A DNA stretch of 64,000 bases, taken from positions 26,554 through 90,553 of the forward strand of contig DATKZA010000121.1 in the NCBI GenBank assembly GCA_035528155.1, read 5' to 3'. The position numbers and the translations under genes are program-made. Source of the stretch: Patescibacteria group bacterium (GTDB lineage Bacteria > Acidobacteriota > Aminicenantia > UBA2199). This document shows positions 41,173-51,200 of the stretch, one piece after another (the stretch's first letter is position 1; each line of letters starts with the position of its first letter). Below the pieces are notes generated by a model. The model had not been told where the DNA came from. It did no database searches and was given only the letters and a program-made list of their open reading frames with translations.

Positions 41173-42456
41173 ATGGGTGTTTATCTATCCAAACGTGCCG
41201 ATTACGTAAAACTGTACCTGGCTTTGTGGCTGGTCGCTTTCATTGGTTTGTGGGTGAATTTATTTCGTGAATTCAGCGAACCGTTCCGGGTCACTACCAT
41301 TTCCTATTTCCTGGTGTACCTGGGGGCCTTGACCGGCGCCTATTTTATTTTGGCGCCGCTTTTCAAAAATCGGGCCATCACATTTGAAAAAAGCAAATGG
41401 CTGCCGTTCATGCCGGCCTTGCTCCTGCTCCTGCATTGGCTGTTCCAGCAAATGGACCTGATGTTCGCCCCGGGCGGACGCTTGGACTATTTTTCCTTCA
41501 ACATCCTGGTAAGCCCGCTGTTCGTCCTCTTCCTGTTTTTGGGCCTGCTGCTTTACCTGCTGGCCGCTCAACCGCAGATCATGGACGCCGTGTTCGTCGG
41601 CATGAAAAACTCGCTTCGTCTTTTTGTATCCATTGCTTTCCTGGCCCTGGGGCTGATCAGCCTGGCCCAGATCATTCAGGCCTTCTCCGCCCTGGTCAAG
41701 ATCGGCACCAGCAGCAACGCCTGGGGTAATTATTCGCGCCTGGGCGTGTTTTCAAGCGGCGGGCTGCTTGTGGCCCTGTTGCTCAACCTGGTCTTGATGC
41801 TGGTCCCGCTCTGCGGCTGGGTGCTGCTGCAGAAGCTGCTTGGCAAAGCAACGCCCAAGTGGGACAAAGTACTCAAACTGCCCTCGCGCTGGTTGGGCGC
41901 CCTGCCCCTGATCCTTATCGGCCTGGCCGTTCTGGCTCAACCCGAGACATTTTATCAACCCTGGTTCATCATCACGGCCATTTTTTCATTTGTCGCCATT
42001 CTGGTCAATTTCCTGGCTGCCAGCCAGAATCCTGTTGCCGTCGGCATCGTCAAGCTGGCCGAATCGTTCTTTTTCTATCCCTACCGCTATTTCCGCAAGA
42101 TCGTCGCCTACGGCAAGAATGACCTGGAAGTGACCGAGAACGAAAACGCGGGAATCGATTATTTTTGCTACACCATCAAGGGTTTTATCTGCATTGCCAT
42201 CCTGGTTTTCTGGATCCTGTTGGCTGTTTATCCCATCCTCAAATACTATGGGCTGAATTTCCTCACTTTGCCGCTGCAGCTCGATTTTTTCCCGATTGAC
42301 AATTTTCACGGCCTGCTCATCTACCCGCTGGCTTTTTTCATCTTCGTGCCCATATACGCCCTGCTCATCACTATTTTCTATGAAGTACTGACTACGCTGC
42401 TGCAGATCCTGGTCAAGATCAACAAATTCTTCAGTAAGCTGCTGGACAAGAAATAA
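41173..42456 (+). CDS. Hypothetical polytopic integral membrane protein (427 aa, at least 10 TM helices)
   Basis: AAGGAGGG RBS 5 nt upstream; strongly hydrophobic throughout; lower GC than the flanks; no recognisable family. Confidence 0.5.
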   Translation: MGVYLSKRADYVKLYLALWLVAFIGLWVNLFREFSEPFRVTTISYFLVYLGALTGAYFILAPLFKNRAITFEKSKWLPFMPALLLLLHWLFQQMDLMFAPGGRLDYFSFNILVSPLFVLFLFLGLLLYLLAAQPQIMDAVFVGMKNSLRLFVSIAFLALGLISLAQIIQAFSALVKIGTSSNAWGNYSRLGVFSSGGLLVALLLNLVLMLVPLCGWVLLQKLLGKATPKWDKVLKLPSRWLGALPLILIGLAVLAQPETFYQPWFIITAIFSFVAILVNFLAASQNPVAVGIVKLAESFFFYPYRYFRKIVAYGKNDLEVTENENAGIDYFCYTIKGFICIAILVFWILLAVYPILKYYGLNFLTLPLQLDFFPIDNFHGLLIYPLAFFIFVPIYALLITIFYEVLTTLLQILVKINKFFSKLLDKK

Positions 42457-42520
42457 TTTAAATTGATTCGGGAATGTGTGTAGGGGTTCAATATGAGATC
42501 AAGCAGATTGGTTTGAGCCC

Positions 42521-43312
42521 CTACTTTTTTTGAGCCAGTTCGACCTTAAGCCAGATCTTGCGCTCGGTTTTGAAATTTTCGCGGGGTATGCCGCGGCCGG
42601 GGGCCGGGCGCGAACGGTCCAGATCCGTTTTAGCCAAACCGGGCAAGGGCTCGATTTTCCATAGCAGGCCGATGCCAAGGGCTTTGCCGGGATTGTGGTT
42701 CAGTCCCGGCCACTCAGCCAAAGCCTGGAAGGGAATGCGCCACTGGTAGGCGAAATCGCCCCAATCGGCGGCCAGGCGTACGGCCGGTCCCAAAGAACCG
42801 TCGGCGCTGATGAAGGTTTCTTTGCCGCTTTTGCGGTTCACTATTTTCAATAGCGTTGCCGCGCTGGCGAGCGGGCGGGGCGCTGGCGGTGCGGCCGCTG
42901 CCCCGGCAAGGTTTTTTTGTTCGGCAGGCCGCGCTTCCGGCCCCGGAATTTTTCGCCGCTCCTGATCACTGACATGGACCAAGCCGAGGTTTTGGGCTTT
43001 GCCGCCGTTTGCGTCCAGCCACAGGGTCAGACGGGCGCGGCTGGGAGGCCGCTGGCGGTGGCTGATATCGGGTGAGAAAAAAATATACAGGAAACGCTCG
43101 TCATTTCCCACTCCGACCATCATGCCGTTGTCGAACAGATGGCTGGTGATCCTGTTGCTGAAATCGGCCATCCGGCCGTCGGAACCGGTCGGAACGGCCA
43201 GCCACTGTCCAGGGATATTCTGCAGGCTGCGGCAGCCCTGCTGGGTGAAAACAAACGCCGATGCGGCGAGGATAAAAAGCGTCGAGCGCATAAGCGACTT
43301 GTACCATCTCAT
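42521..43312 (-). CDS. Hypothetical lipoprotein (start MRWYK at 43312 with AGGAGG RBS)
   Basis: Signal peptide ending ...FVFTQQGC; Pro/Ala-rich linker; no recognisable domain. Confidence 0.45.
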   Translation of the reverse strand: MRWYKSLMRSTLFILAASAFVFTQQGCRSLQNIPGQWLAVPTGSDGRMADFSNRITSHLFDNGMMVGVGNDERFLYIFFSPDISHRQRPPSRARLTLWLDANGGKAQNLGLVHVSDQERRKIPGPEARPAEQKNLAGAAAAPPAPRPLASAATLLKIVNRKSGKETFISADGSLGPAVRLAADWGDFAYQWRIPFQALAEWPGLNHNPGKALGIGLLWKIEPLPGLAKTDLDRSRPAPGRGIPRENFKTERKIWLKVELAQKK

Positions 43313-43465
43313 TTTGCCGGCCTCCTGAAAAAAACTGCTATCATAATAGGTAACAATCGCCGGCAACGATTCTTGCGGGACCGCAGAATTTATTTTCTTT
43401 TGCCTGCAGGGAAATGAAAAACCAGGCTGAAAAAGAAGCCTGGATGGCAGGGGAACCGTGGTGTC

Positions 43466-45172
43466 CTATTTTCCTCCAGTGTCCGCGGCCCCGGCTTGGG
43501 ATTTTTTTTTTGCCCATGACAGGGCGACCGTCAGAAAAAGGAGTTCCGCGACGACAAACGCCAGCAAGCCCCTGGCCGCCCCGGAAGTGAAACCGTAAGC
43601 GTGCAAGCCCACGCCGAGCAGGTTGACGCCGAACCAGGCCATGACCACAGTGATGATCGCCACGATGCTGCCGGCAGCCATGCCGAGTTGGCCGATCCAG
43701 CCGGCCAGGCGGGCGTGAAACAGGATGGCGCACCAGATGATGATCAGCAGGGCGCCGTTTTCCTTGGGATCCCAGCCCCAGAACCGGCCCCAGGACTGGT
43801 CGGCCCAGATGCCGCCCATCACCGTGCCGATACTCGTGAGCGTCAGGCCGAAAGCCAGGGCGGCGTACATGGAGCGGGCCGTGCCTGCCGCCGCCGGGGA
43901 GCGCGGGTCAAGCAGTTCCTGGACGAGGACCACGTGGCCGATGATGCCGGCGACCACGCAGCCGGCGTAGCCGAGTGAAATGGTCACCACGTGGGTGGCC
44001 AGCCAAAGATTGGAATCAAGCACGGCCGCCAGCATGCCCATGGTGTCGCCGTCCAGGCTGTAGCGGCCGGCAATGACCAGGAAAATCAGGCCGCTGATCG
44101 CCCCGGTCAGGATGCCCAGCGGCTGTTTTTGCCACCAGGCCATAAGCAAACCCATGGCCGCTCCGGCCCAGGCGACGAAAATAAAGGTTTCGTAGAGGTT
44201 GGTCACCGGCGGCCGGTTCATGATCAGCATGCGGGCCGCCAGGCCGAACGTATGGAACAGAAAGCCGAGAAGCAGGCACAGCCAACCCCAGCGATCGAGA
44301 TGGGTGCGGGAGAGCGCCAGGGAAAAAATGAGCAGCAGCAGTGCCAGCACATAGATCAGTTCCGCTTTGAAAAAAGGGTCCAGGCGGTTGTAAAAAACTT
44401 CCAGGGAGAGCTTGCCGGGGGTGATGGCGCCAGGCGGCAGCCTGTTGCGCACCGACCGGCTGAAGGAGTCCAGAGCGCATTTGAAATCACTTCCGTCAGC
44501 CTGCACATAGGCCTGGGCGGCCTGGGCCAGGAGGGAAATTTCCCGCTGCATGGCCGCCGGCAGGGAAGAGCCGCGGGCAAAGGCCTGGGCGGGACCGAGC
44601 CACTGTTCGTCAGGAGAACCGGCAAGCGGCAGCAGGGCCGGCAGCGGCGGGGCGCGACGCGGATCGCCGGACGCCGTTTCTCCGGGCCGGGCAAAGTGAA
44701 ACGCGTGCAACAGGCTGTTGAAAGCGGAAACATTGTAAAAAAGACGGATGATCTCGTTTTCGACCCGGCCGCCGCTAGCTTCATCCTGTTCCGTGTAGCG
44801 GAATGCCAGCTCGTGCAGCCTGGCCAGGCCGGGGCGCAGCTGCGCATAACTGAAGCGGCCGCGGCCGTCTCCTTCCATGCCCAGTGCGGCCAGCACGTCG
44901 GGCTGGTTGATAAGAAACAGCTTGTCTTCCAGTGTTTCATCGGGGACGAAGAGGACGCGCGCCAGCCAGGCGCAAGCGTCCATGCCGTTCAGGGTGGAAC
45001 GTCCGGAGAACTGCTTGAGCAGGTTGCGGGCGTACGTGTCCAGCGGCTTTTTTCGCCCCTGCTCCAGCACCGCCAGGCGCCGGAACGGTTCCAGCGGGAA
45101 AGGGGCGGCCGCCCGGGCTTCATGACCCGCGAGCCAGCAGGCCAGCATGGCAAGAACGATGATCTTCTTCAT
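43466..45172 (-). CDS. ccsA: Cytochrome c biogenesis protein CcsA/ResC (system II) with a ~300-aa N-terminal periplasmic extension
   Basis: WWD heme-handling domain WGRFWGWDPKENGALLIIIW and conserved His residues in flanking TM helices. Confidence 0.8.
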   Translation of the reverse strand: MKKIIVLAMLACWLAGHEARAAAPFPLEPFRRLAVLEQGRKKPLDTYARNLLKQFSGRSTLNGMDACAWLARVLFVPDETLEDKLFLINQPDVLAALGMEGDGRGRFSYAQLRPGLARLHELAFRYTEQDEASGGRVENEIIRLFYNVSAFNSLLHAFHFARPGETASGDPRRAPPLPALLPLAGSPDEQWLGPAQAFARGSSLPAAMQREISLLAQAAQAYVQADGSDFKCALDSFSRSVRNRLPPGAITPGKLSLEVFYNRLDPFFKAELIYVLALLLLIFSLALSRTHLDRWGWLCLLLGFLFHTFGLAARMLIMNRPPVTNLYETFIFVAWAGAAMGLLMAWWQKQPLGILTGAISGLIFLVIAGRYSLDGDTMGMLAAVLDSNLWLATHVVTISLGYAGCVVAGIIGHVVLVQELLDPRSPAAAGTARSMYAALAFGLTLTSIGTVMGGIWADQSWGRFWGWDPKENGALLIIIWCAILFHARLAGWIGQLGMAAGSIVAIITVVMAWFGVNLLGVGLHAYGFTSGAARGLLAFVVAELLFLTVALSWAKKKSQAGAADTGGK

Positions 45173-45972
45173 GGCCGCACCCGGCCGGGGCGAGTTTTTT
45201 TTAGCGCGGCGGCCATCATGGCCAGGAAATGACCGGCCAGCCCCAGGAAGAGCAGGGCGCTGGCGATATAGGGCAGCCAGCGTCCCGAGTTGCGCACCAC
45301 CGAGAATGTGGAACTCTCTCTCCCCATGCCGTCTTCCGCGTACGATGACTGGTAGAAAGTGTAATCGCGGTAGCGCAGCGGCCGGTTCATGGAAATAACC
45401 GCCCGGCGGCTGGTGTTTCCTGATACGATCTCGACCCGGCTGGAAAAACTCCTGGGGATGCCGCTGCCCGGATGCATGGTCTTTTCGAAATCGAGCAGCT
45501 TGATCTCGATCGGCAAAAAGACCTCTTCCGGGGGTGGGGCGGGCAGGGTCTCCTCCGCTCCGACGCGGACGGCGACATGGCTGCTTTCTCCTTCGCGCAA
45601 GGTGAGGAAATATTCCTGCGCCGTGACCGCGATGAAAAAACCTCCGCTTAAAAACAGCAGCAGGCCGTAGTGGACCAGAAGCAGGCCGGCCTGGCGCCAG
45701 CGGTATTGCAGGCGAAAAATGACGGCCGCCAGCAGGTTGATGAAAAGGAGGATGCTGATGAGCAGCAGGCCCGGCAAGGGGACGATCCCGAAAAGCCAGA
45801 TGATCCAGGCGCCGAAAATTTCACGCTGGGCGGCGTAGACGCCGTTTCCAGCCTGGTAGACGGTGCCGGCAATGACCAGCAGGCCCAGCAGAAGGAGGGA
45901 AACGACCGTCAGTTTCAGGGAGGCCAGGGAACGGCCGAGCGCATGCAAGCGCTGGACCCTTCTCTCATTCAT
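45169..45972 (-). CDS. ccsB: Cytochrome c biogenesis protein CcsB/ResB-like (short form)
   Basis: N-terminal TM region plus conserved RYRDYTFYQSSY block and C-terminal TM with His; overlaps the ccsA start. Confidence 0.65.
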   Translation of the reverse strand: MNERRVQRLHALGRSLASLKLTVVSLLLLGLLVIAGTVYQAGNGVYAAQREIFGAWIIWLFGIVPLPGLLLISILLFINLLAAVIFRLQYRWRQAGLLLVHYGLLLFLSGGFFIAVTAQEYFLTLREGESSHVAVRVGAEETLPAPPPEEVFLPIEIKLLDFEKTMHPGSGIPRSFSSRVEIVSGNTSRRAVISMNRPLRYRDYTFYQSSYAEDGMGRESSTFSVVRNSGRWLPYIASALLFLGLAGHFLAMMAAALKKTRPGRVRP

Positions 45973-46057
45973 GGGTGCATCTCGTCCGCAAGGATGGATT
46001 CATCCTTGCTTTATACCATAATTACAGCGGTAGTGGCAATCGGGCCGCCGGCGCCGG

Positions 46058-48157
46058 TCATTGCCGCGTCGTCTGCCCCCTTTTCTCCAGCTCGCGGACG
46101 ATGGCCAGGTTTCTCCTGGCGTTGGCGTCGGTGCCGTCCAGGGCCAGGGCGGCGAGGAATTCGCGCTTGGCACCCTCGCGGTCCCCCAGCTGCAGCAGGG
46201 CGATGCCCAGGTTGTTGTGGGCGCTGGGCAGGAACCGCCCGGCGGCGATGACCTGGCGCAGCGGTCCGACGGCCATGTCCGGGTAGCCGCAAGTGACATA
46301 GGCGGCCCCGAGATCGTTCAGCAGGGCGGGGTCGTCGGGAGCGGCGCGCAGCTGCTCCAGGATGCTGCCCAGCAGCGGATAACGGGCGGCGGCCGCCCGC
46401 TGGCGGAGAAGGCCGCGGGCGAAATTTTTGCCCCACAGGGCCGGCTCGTTTTCCGGCTCCACGCGCAGCACCTGCTCGAAGTGGCGGATGGCTTTTTCCA
46501 GTTCGCCCGTCCGGCCATACAGGTCCCCCAGGTGCAGGTGCGCCTTGACGTCGTCGGGATAGCGCTCCAGGATGCGCAGGAAGCAGCGGCTGGCTTCCTG
46601 CGGCCTCTGCTCCTGCTCATAGAGCACGCCCAGGTTGCCGTTGACCTCGGGGTTGAGCGGGTCGATCTCGGCCGCTTTCAGCAGCCATCCCTTGGCCGCC
46701 ACCGCATTTCCTTCGTTCAGCAGCTGGGTGCCCAGGTTGTAGTAGGAGTCGATGCTGAAATCGCGGCTCATCGGCCCGACCCGCCAGTTGCAGAACAGCA
46801 GCAGCGCCGAAAATCCGGCCAGTGGCAGGAGCGCCTGCCGCCAGTGCTGCTGCCGCAGAAGGCTCCACAGCGTCAGCGTCCCGTAGGCTGCAAAGGCGGC
46901 CAGAAAGGGCAGGATATTCAGGCGGTAGCGGCCGGTGACAAAGAAAGCCAGCAGCACGGCCACGTGGACCAGGATGAAAGCCAGCAGCAGTCCCGCCCCG
47001 GGGACGCGGCGTCGCAGCGCCAGGGCCATGCCCAGCAGCGCCAGCGGCAGGAGCAGTCCGAAGGGGAAGGCCAGCCATTTTTTCCAGACCAGCAGGGAGA
47101 GGAGCGGCGAGTATTGCCGGAAGGGGTAGATGTCCTGGTCGCGCATGATCTCGTTGCCGTTGGCGAACAGGCATAACTTTTTAAGCAGCAGGCGGGCATA
47201 GCCCGCCGGGTCGGCGGCGATGAGTCCCAGGGCCTTGTCCATGAAGTAGGCGGACTGCCCGCCGGCCTTGTGAATGCCGAGGCGGATCGGCTCGTTCAGC
47301 AGCCGGTCCCACTCGTATCCCGGCCGGATGGCGAGCTTGCGTTCGTAGTCACTGCCGGTGCTGAGATAGAAATTGATGCCGGCATTGGTGCTGACGGGGA
47401 CGAATTCGCCCCCGACCCGCCAGTTGCGCCAGGTGACGGGGGCGATGGCCAGCAGCAATCCGCCGCAGAAGGCGCAGCCGAGCAGCAGGCCGCGACGCAG
47501 CCCGGGCCGGCCGGGTTGGCCGCGCCAGCGTCTCCAGGCGTACAGCGGCAGGACGAGGGCCAGGGGCAGGATCACCGACATGGCCAGCGCCGACAGTCCG
47601 AGCAGGACGCCGCAGAGGCCGGCCCGCGCCAGGGTGGGCTTTTCCAGCACGGCGAGGAGGGCCCGGGCGAGGAGCAGGTTGAGGAACACGATCAGCACCG
47701 GGGCCAGGAGGTCCCCTTCATAAAAGATCATCGGACCGTACAGGGAGAAGATCATCGCCGCGGCGAACCCCACGCGGCGGTCGAACAGCCGACTGGCCAA
47801 TCCGTAAAGCAGCCAGGCGCTGGCTGTGCCCGCAGCCATCTGCAACAGGCGCACCAGCAGGAGGTCGCGGCCGAACAGGGCGTAGATCAACCCCAGAAAA
47901 TAGGGATACAGCGGCGGCTGGAAGAACGGTGCGGGGATGGGTACTTCGCCGGCGGCGATGCGCACGGCCATTTCGTCATAAGTCTGGGCGTCGACGACGG
48001 GGTGGTTGAAGAAGGGATTGGCGGCGATCTGCTGGAGATAGACGAGACGGACGGCCAGGGAGAGGGCCAGCAGGATCAAGATGGAACGGAGCGAGGCCCG
48101 GTCTTGGGGCGGCTTCCCCGGGGCGGGGCTTTCAGGCTTCGCTTTGCGTTTGTCCAT
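46058..48157 (-). CDS. GT39/ArnT-like membrane glycosyltransferase domain fused to C-terminal TPR repeats
   Basis: About 12 N-terminal TM helices with PMT/ArnT-like loops; C-terminus shows several 34-aa TPR units (AAKGWLLKAAEIDPLNPEVNGNLGVLYEQ...). Confidence 0.65.
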   Translation of the reverse strand: MDKRKAKPESPAPGKPPQDRASLRSILILLALSLAVRLVYLQQIAANPFFNHPVVDAQTYDEMAVRIAAGEVPIPAPFFQPPLYPYFLGLIYALFGRDLLLVRLLQMAAGTASAWLLYGLASRLFDRRVGFAAAMIFSLYGPMIFYEGDLLAPVLIVFLNLLLARALLAVLEKPTLARAGLCGVLLGLSALAMSVILPLALVLPLYAWRRWRGQPGRPGLRRGLLLGCAFCGGLLLAIAPVTWRNWRVGGEFVPVSTNAGINFYLSTGSDYERKLAIRPGYEWDRLLNEPIRLGIHKAGGQSAYFMDKALGLIAADPAGYARLLLKKLCLFANGNEIMRDQDIYPFRQYSPLLSLLVWKKWLAFPFGLLLPLALLGMALALRRRVPGAGLLLAFILVHVAVLLAFFVTGRYRLNILPFLAAFAAYGTLTLWSLLRQQHWRQALLPLAGFSALLLFCNWRVGPMSRDFSIDSYYNLGTQLLNEGNAVAAKGWLLKAAEIDPLNPEVNGNLGVLYEQEQRPQEASRCFLRILERYPDDVKAHLHLGDLYGRTGELEKAIRHFEQVLRVEPENEPALWGKNFARGLLRQRAAAARYPLLGSILEQLRAAPDDPALLNDLGAAYVTCGYPDMAVGPLRQVIAAGRFLPSAHNNLGIALLQLGDREGAKREFLAALALDGTDANARRNLAIVRELEKRGQTTRQ

Positions 48158-48210
48158 TTATTACCTGCGGCCGATGAACATGATACATCGATACGAACGA
48201 TATTGCCAAC

Positions 48211-48242
48211 AAAAAAAACCCGCCCCGGGGGACCGGGGCGGG
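48211..48242 (-). terminator. Rho-independent terminator downstream of receptor gene 1 (GC stem CCCGCCCCGG/CCGGGGCGGG followed by a U8 tract on the minus strand)
   Basis: aaaaaaaacccgccccgggggaccggggcggg; 10-bp GC stem, 4-nt loop, 8 A on plus equals 8 U on minus. Confidence 0.65.
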
Positions 48243-48292
48243 CGGGAAAACGTTCACGGACCGCGCGCGGCGCGCGGCCCGCTTGAAAATGT

Positions 48293-51200
48293 CTAGAAAG
48301 CGAACTTGATGCCCAGCGTGGCTTCCAGGGGGGGCAGGAAGCGGTAGCCCATGCCGAAGCGCGGGTCGAGCTGCTCCACTCTGGACTTGACGTCGACGCC
48401 ATCCAGGAGGTCCTGGTCGCTGATAAAGACGTCATCTCTGTTGTAAAAGCTGAGCAGGCGCTGCGCCGTCTTGGCGTCGGTCACGTTGCGGACGTTGAGT
48501 GAGAATTCCAGGTTGTTCTTGCCCAGTTTCAGCGCGTACTCGGCGTAGAAGTCGGCGGTGACGGTGAAGGGGGAGCGCAGGCCGGTGTCGAAGCGGTTGT
48601 AGGGGTAGTAGCCCTGCTGGCCGTTCACCTGGATCTCGGTCGACAGCGGCTGGCCGGAGTAGGCATTCACCACGCCGCCCAGGGTCACGCCAAAGGGGAA
48701 AACGTAGGAGGCATAGGCCTTGAGGTAGTGGGGGCGGTCGGTGTTCATCTTGCCGGCGATCGGCTTCATGTACTGGTCGTAGGAAGTCATCCACAGGTCG
48801 AAGTAGCGGTTGACGTTGGGATCGTTGCGCTCAGCCTCGTCGGAGCTGTTCAGGCCGGCGTAGTTGCCGGTCAGCTGGCTCCAGGTGTAGGAGAGGCCGC
48901 CGAGCCAGTTGTCGCTGAAGCGCTTTTCCAGGGAGAGGTTGACGGCATAGTAGTCGCGGGTGGCCTTCTGCGGAGCAGGGATCCCGGCGGGCAGAATGCC
49001 GTTCGAAATGGCGATATCGTACTGGTTCTTCACGTAGTCGCTGCCGGGATTGGCGATGAAATAGGTCTCGCCCTCGGGCATCAGGATGCCGATGTCATCG
49101 ATCGCCCACAGCAGCTTCTTGTTGACCAGGCGCACAGAAAGGGACAGGTCGTCGTTGATCTTCTTTTCCAGGCCGAAGGAAATTTCGCGCTGGGACATGG
49201 GCTTCATGTCGGGGTCGGTCTCGTTGATCGAGGGGATGCGCCAGTTCTTGTTGCCCAGGTACAGGCCGGGGAAATTGCCGTTGACGCCGATCTGGTCCCA
49301 GTTGGGGGTATCCAGCTCATAATATTCGCTGATCCAGACAAAGCCGCCGTAGGAGCCTTCGGGCAGGGCGAGCTTCATGCAGTCCTGGAAAATGCCGAAG
49401 GCGCCGAACACCTTCAGGCTGGAGTCGCCGAAGACGTCGTAGATGAAGCCCAGGCGGGGGGCCAGCTTGTCGCCCCAGCCGAAGTCCAGGGGAACGATGT
49501 CCTTGAATTCAGGCAGGGAGCTGAACGCCGGCACCTGTTCCTTTTCGGCGCGCAGCCCGAAGTTGAGGGTCAGCTTGTTGGCGATGGTCCAGGAATCCTG
49601 GAGGTAGAATGCCCAGCGGTTGGACCTGGCCTTGTCGATCATCTGGCCGAAGGGGGTGCGGTTCTCATAGTAGCCGTACTTGCCGAGCCAGCCGGCATCC
49701 ACCGGGCTGCCCGGGATCTGGTTGGGGAAGGCACGGCCGACATAGAGCCTGATAACCGGGACCGGGGAAGTGCCGTTGTAGTCGTCCATGATCTGGTTGT
49801 AGGCAAAGCCGGCCTTCCAGGAGTGCTCGCCGGCCAGGTTCATGAAGTAGTTGACGTCGATGTTGGCGCTGGTGCGCGTGTAGTTGGCCTTCGACAACTT
49901 GTAGAAAAGGCCCCAGGTGTAATTGGACCAGCCGTAATTGCGGACCTTGTCCTCCGGCCAGCCGTAGGCGGCTTCACCGCCCGCATTGTACGTGAAATGC
50001 TGATAGTAGATCCCCGGGGGGTCCATGACCGAGGCGTCGTTCTGGTTGTAGTAGCCGAAGCGGCCGGACACCTGCAGATTGTTGCCGATGGTATAATCCA
50101 GGTTGGCGGAGGTGGACCAGGTCGGGGAGTTCTCGCCCATCTGGTCATAGGTGAAGGTGGAGCTTCCGATCGTCTGCCAGTCGGGGAAGTTGGTATTGGG
50201 GTCATCGCCCGGCAGGCCGCCGCGCCATTGGTTGTTGTTGGCGATGAAGGAGGCCGACAGGCGCATATTCTTGATCGGCTCGGCCGACAGCTTGATCGAG
50301 CCGTTCATCCATGTGTCCTTGCGCTCGTACGAGGTCAGCGGGGCGCCGGCCACTTCGTCGAAGTTGACGTCGCGGTTGGTCTGGCGATACACAGGCAGGA
50401 AGGAGCCGAAGAACCACAGCTTGTCCTTGAGGATGTAGCCGCCCAGGCTGAGGCCGCCCTCCAGGCGTGAGAAATCCTGATTGCTGAAGTTTTCGTAATT
50501 GAAATACTGGGCTACGGTCGGATCGTCCGGCTTCAGGCGCAGCACGTCGCGCATCTTGCCGCGCAGGGCGCTGCCCTGGAAGTAGCCCATGACCTCGCCG
50601 TGGAACTGGTTGCCGCCCGAGCGCGTGACCACGTTGACCACGCCACCCATGGAGCCGCCGAACTCGGCCTGGTAGCCCGAGGCCTTGACCTGCACTTCGT
50701 CGATGAAGTCGAAGGCGGCCTGCATGCGCTGCTGGGCGCCGCGCACTTCGCCGGTCTCCATGCCGTCGACGTAGAAGACGTTCTCGGCGCCGCTGGCGCC
50801 GTCGACCGACAGGCCGCCGGTCATGGGCTCGTTGTAGACGCCGGGGACGGCCGTGACCAGGGTGCTGAAGTCGCGCCCCTTGGGCAGGTTGTTGAAGAGC
50901 TCCTTGGTCAGGGTCATGCCCTTGGCCGTGCTCTTGACGTCGATCAGCGGCATCTCCCCGGTGATGGTGATGACCTCGTTCAGGTTGCCGAGCTTCATCT
51001 CGATCTTCAGGCTGGCGGTCTGCTCGGCGACCAGCGGGATGTTTTCCCGCACCACGGTCTGGAACCCCTCCAGGGTGAACACCAGCTTGTAGGTGCCGGG
51101 CGTTAAATTCAGAAGCCTGAAGGTGCCGTTCTCGTCGGTGACCGCCGTCGCGTTGCCGACCAGCTTGGGGCTGGTGGCTTCGATGCTGACGCCGGGCACC

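Noticed and set aside
45975-46057. Hairpin GCAAGGATGGATTCATCCTTGC followed by TTTAT on the plus strand
   Set aside because: No plus-strand gene ends upstream and no U-tract on the minus strand; insufficient to call a terminator.
44877-48435. Multiple long plus-strand and alternative-frame minus-strand ORFs across ccsA, ccsB and the GT39-TPR gene (for example 43991-45232, 46061-47176, 47270-48286)
   Set aside because: All are antisense or off-frame to genes with clear domain signatures; Arg/Gly/Ala/Pro-rich translations characteristic of about 65% GC DNA.
48728-50470. 580-aa plus ORF inside receptor gene 1, and 56259-56870/58062-58679 plus ORFs inside receptor gene 2
   Set aside because: Antisense to the TonB-like receptor genes; Gly/Val/Ala-rich mirror translations.
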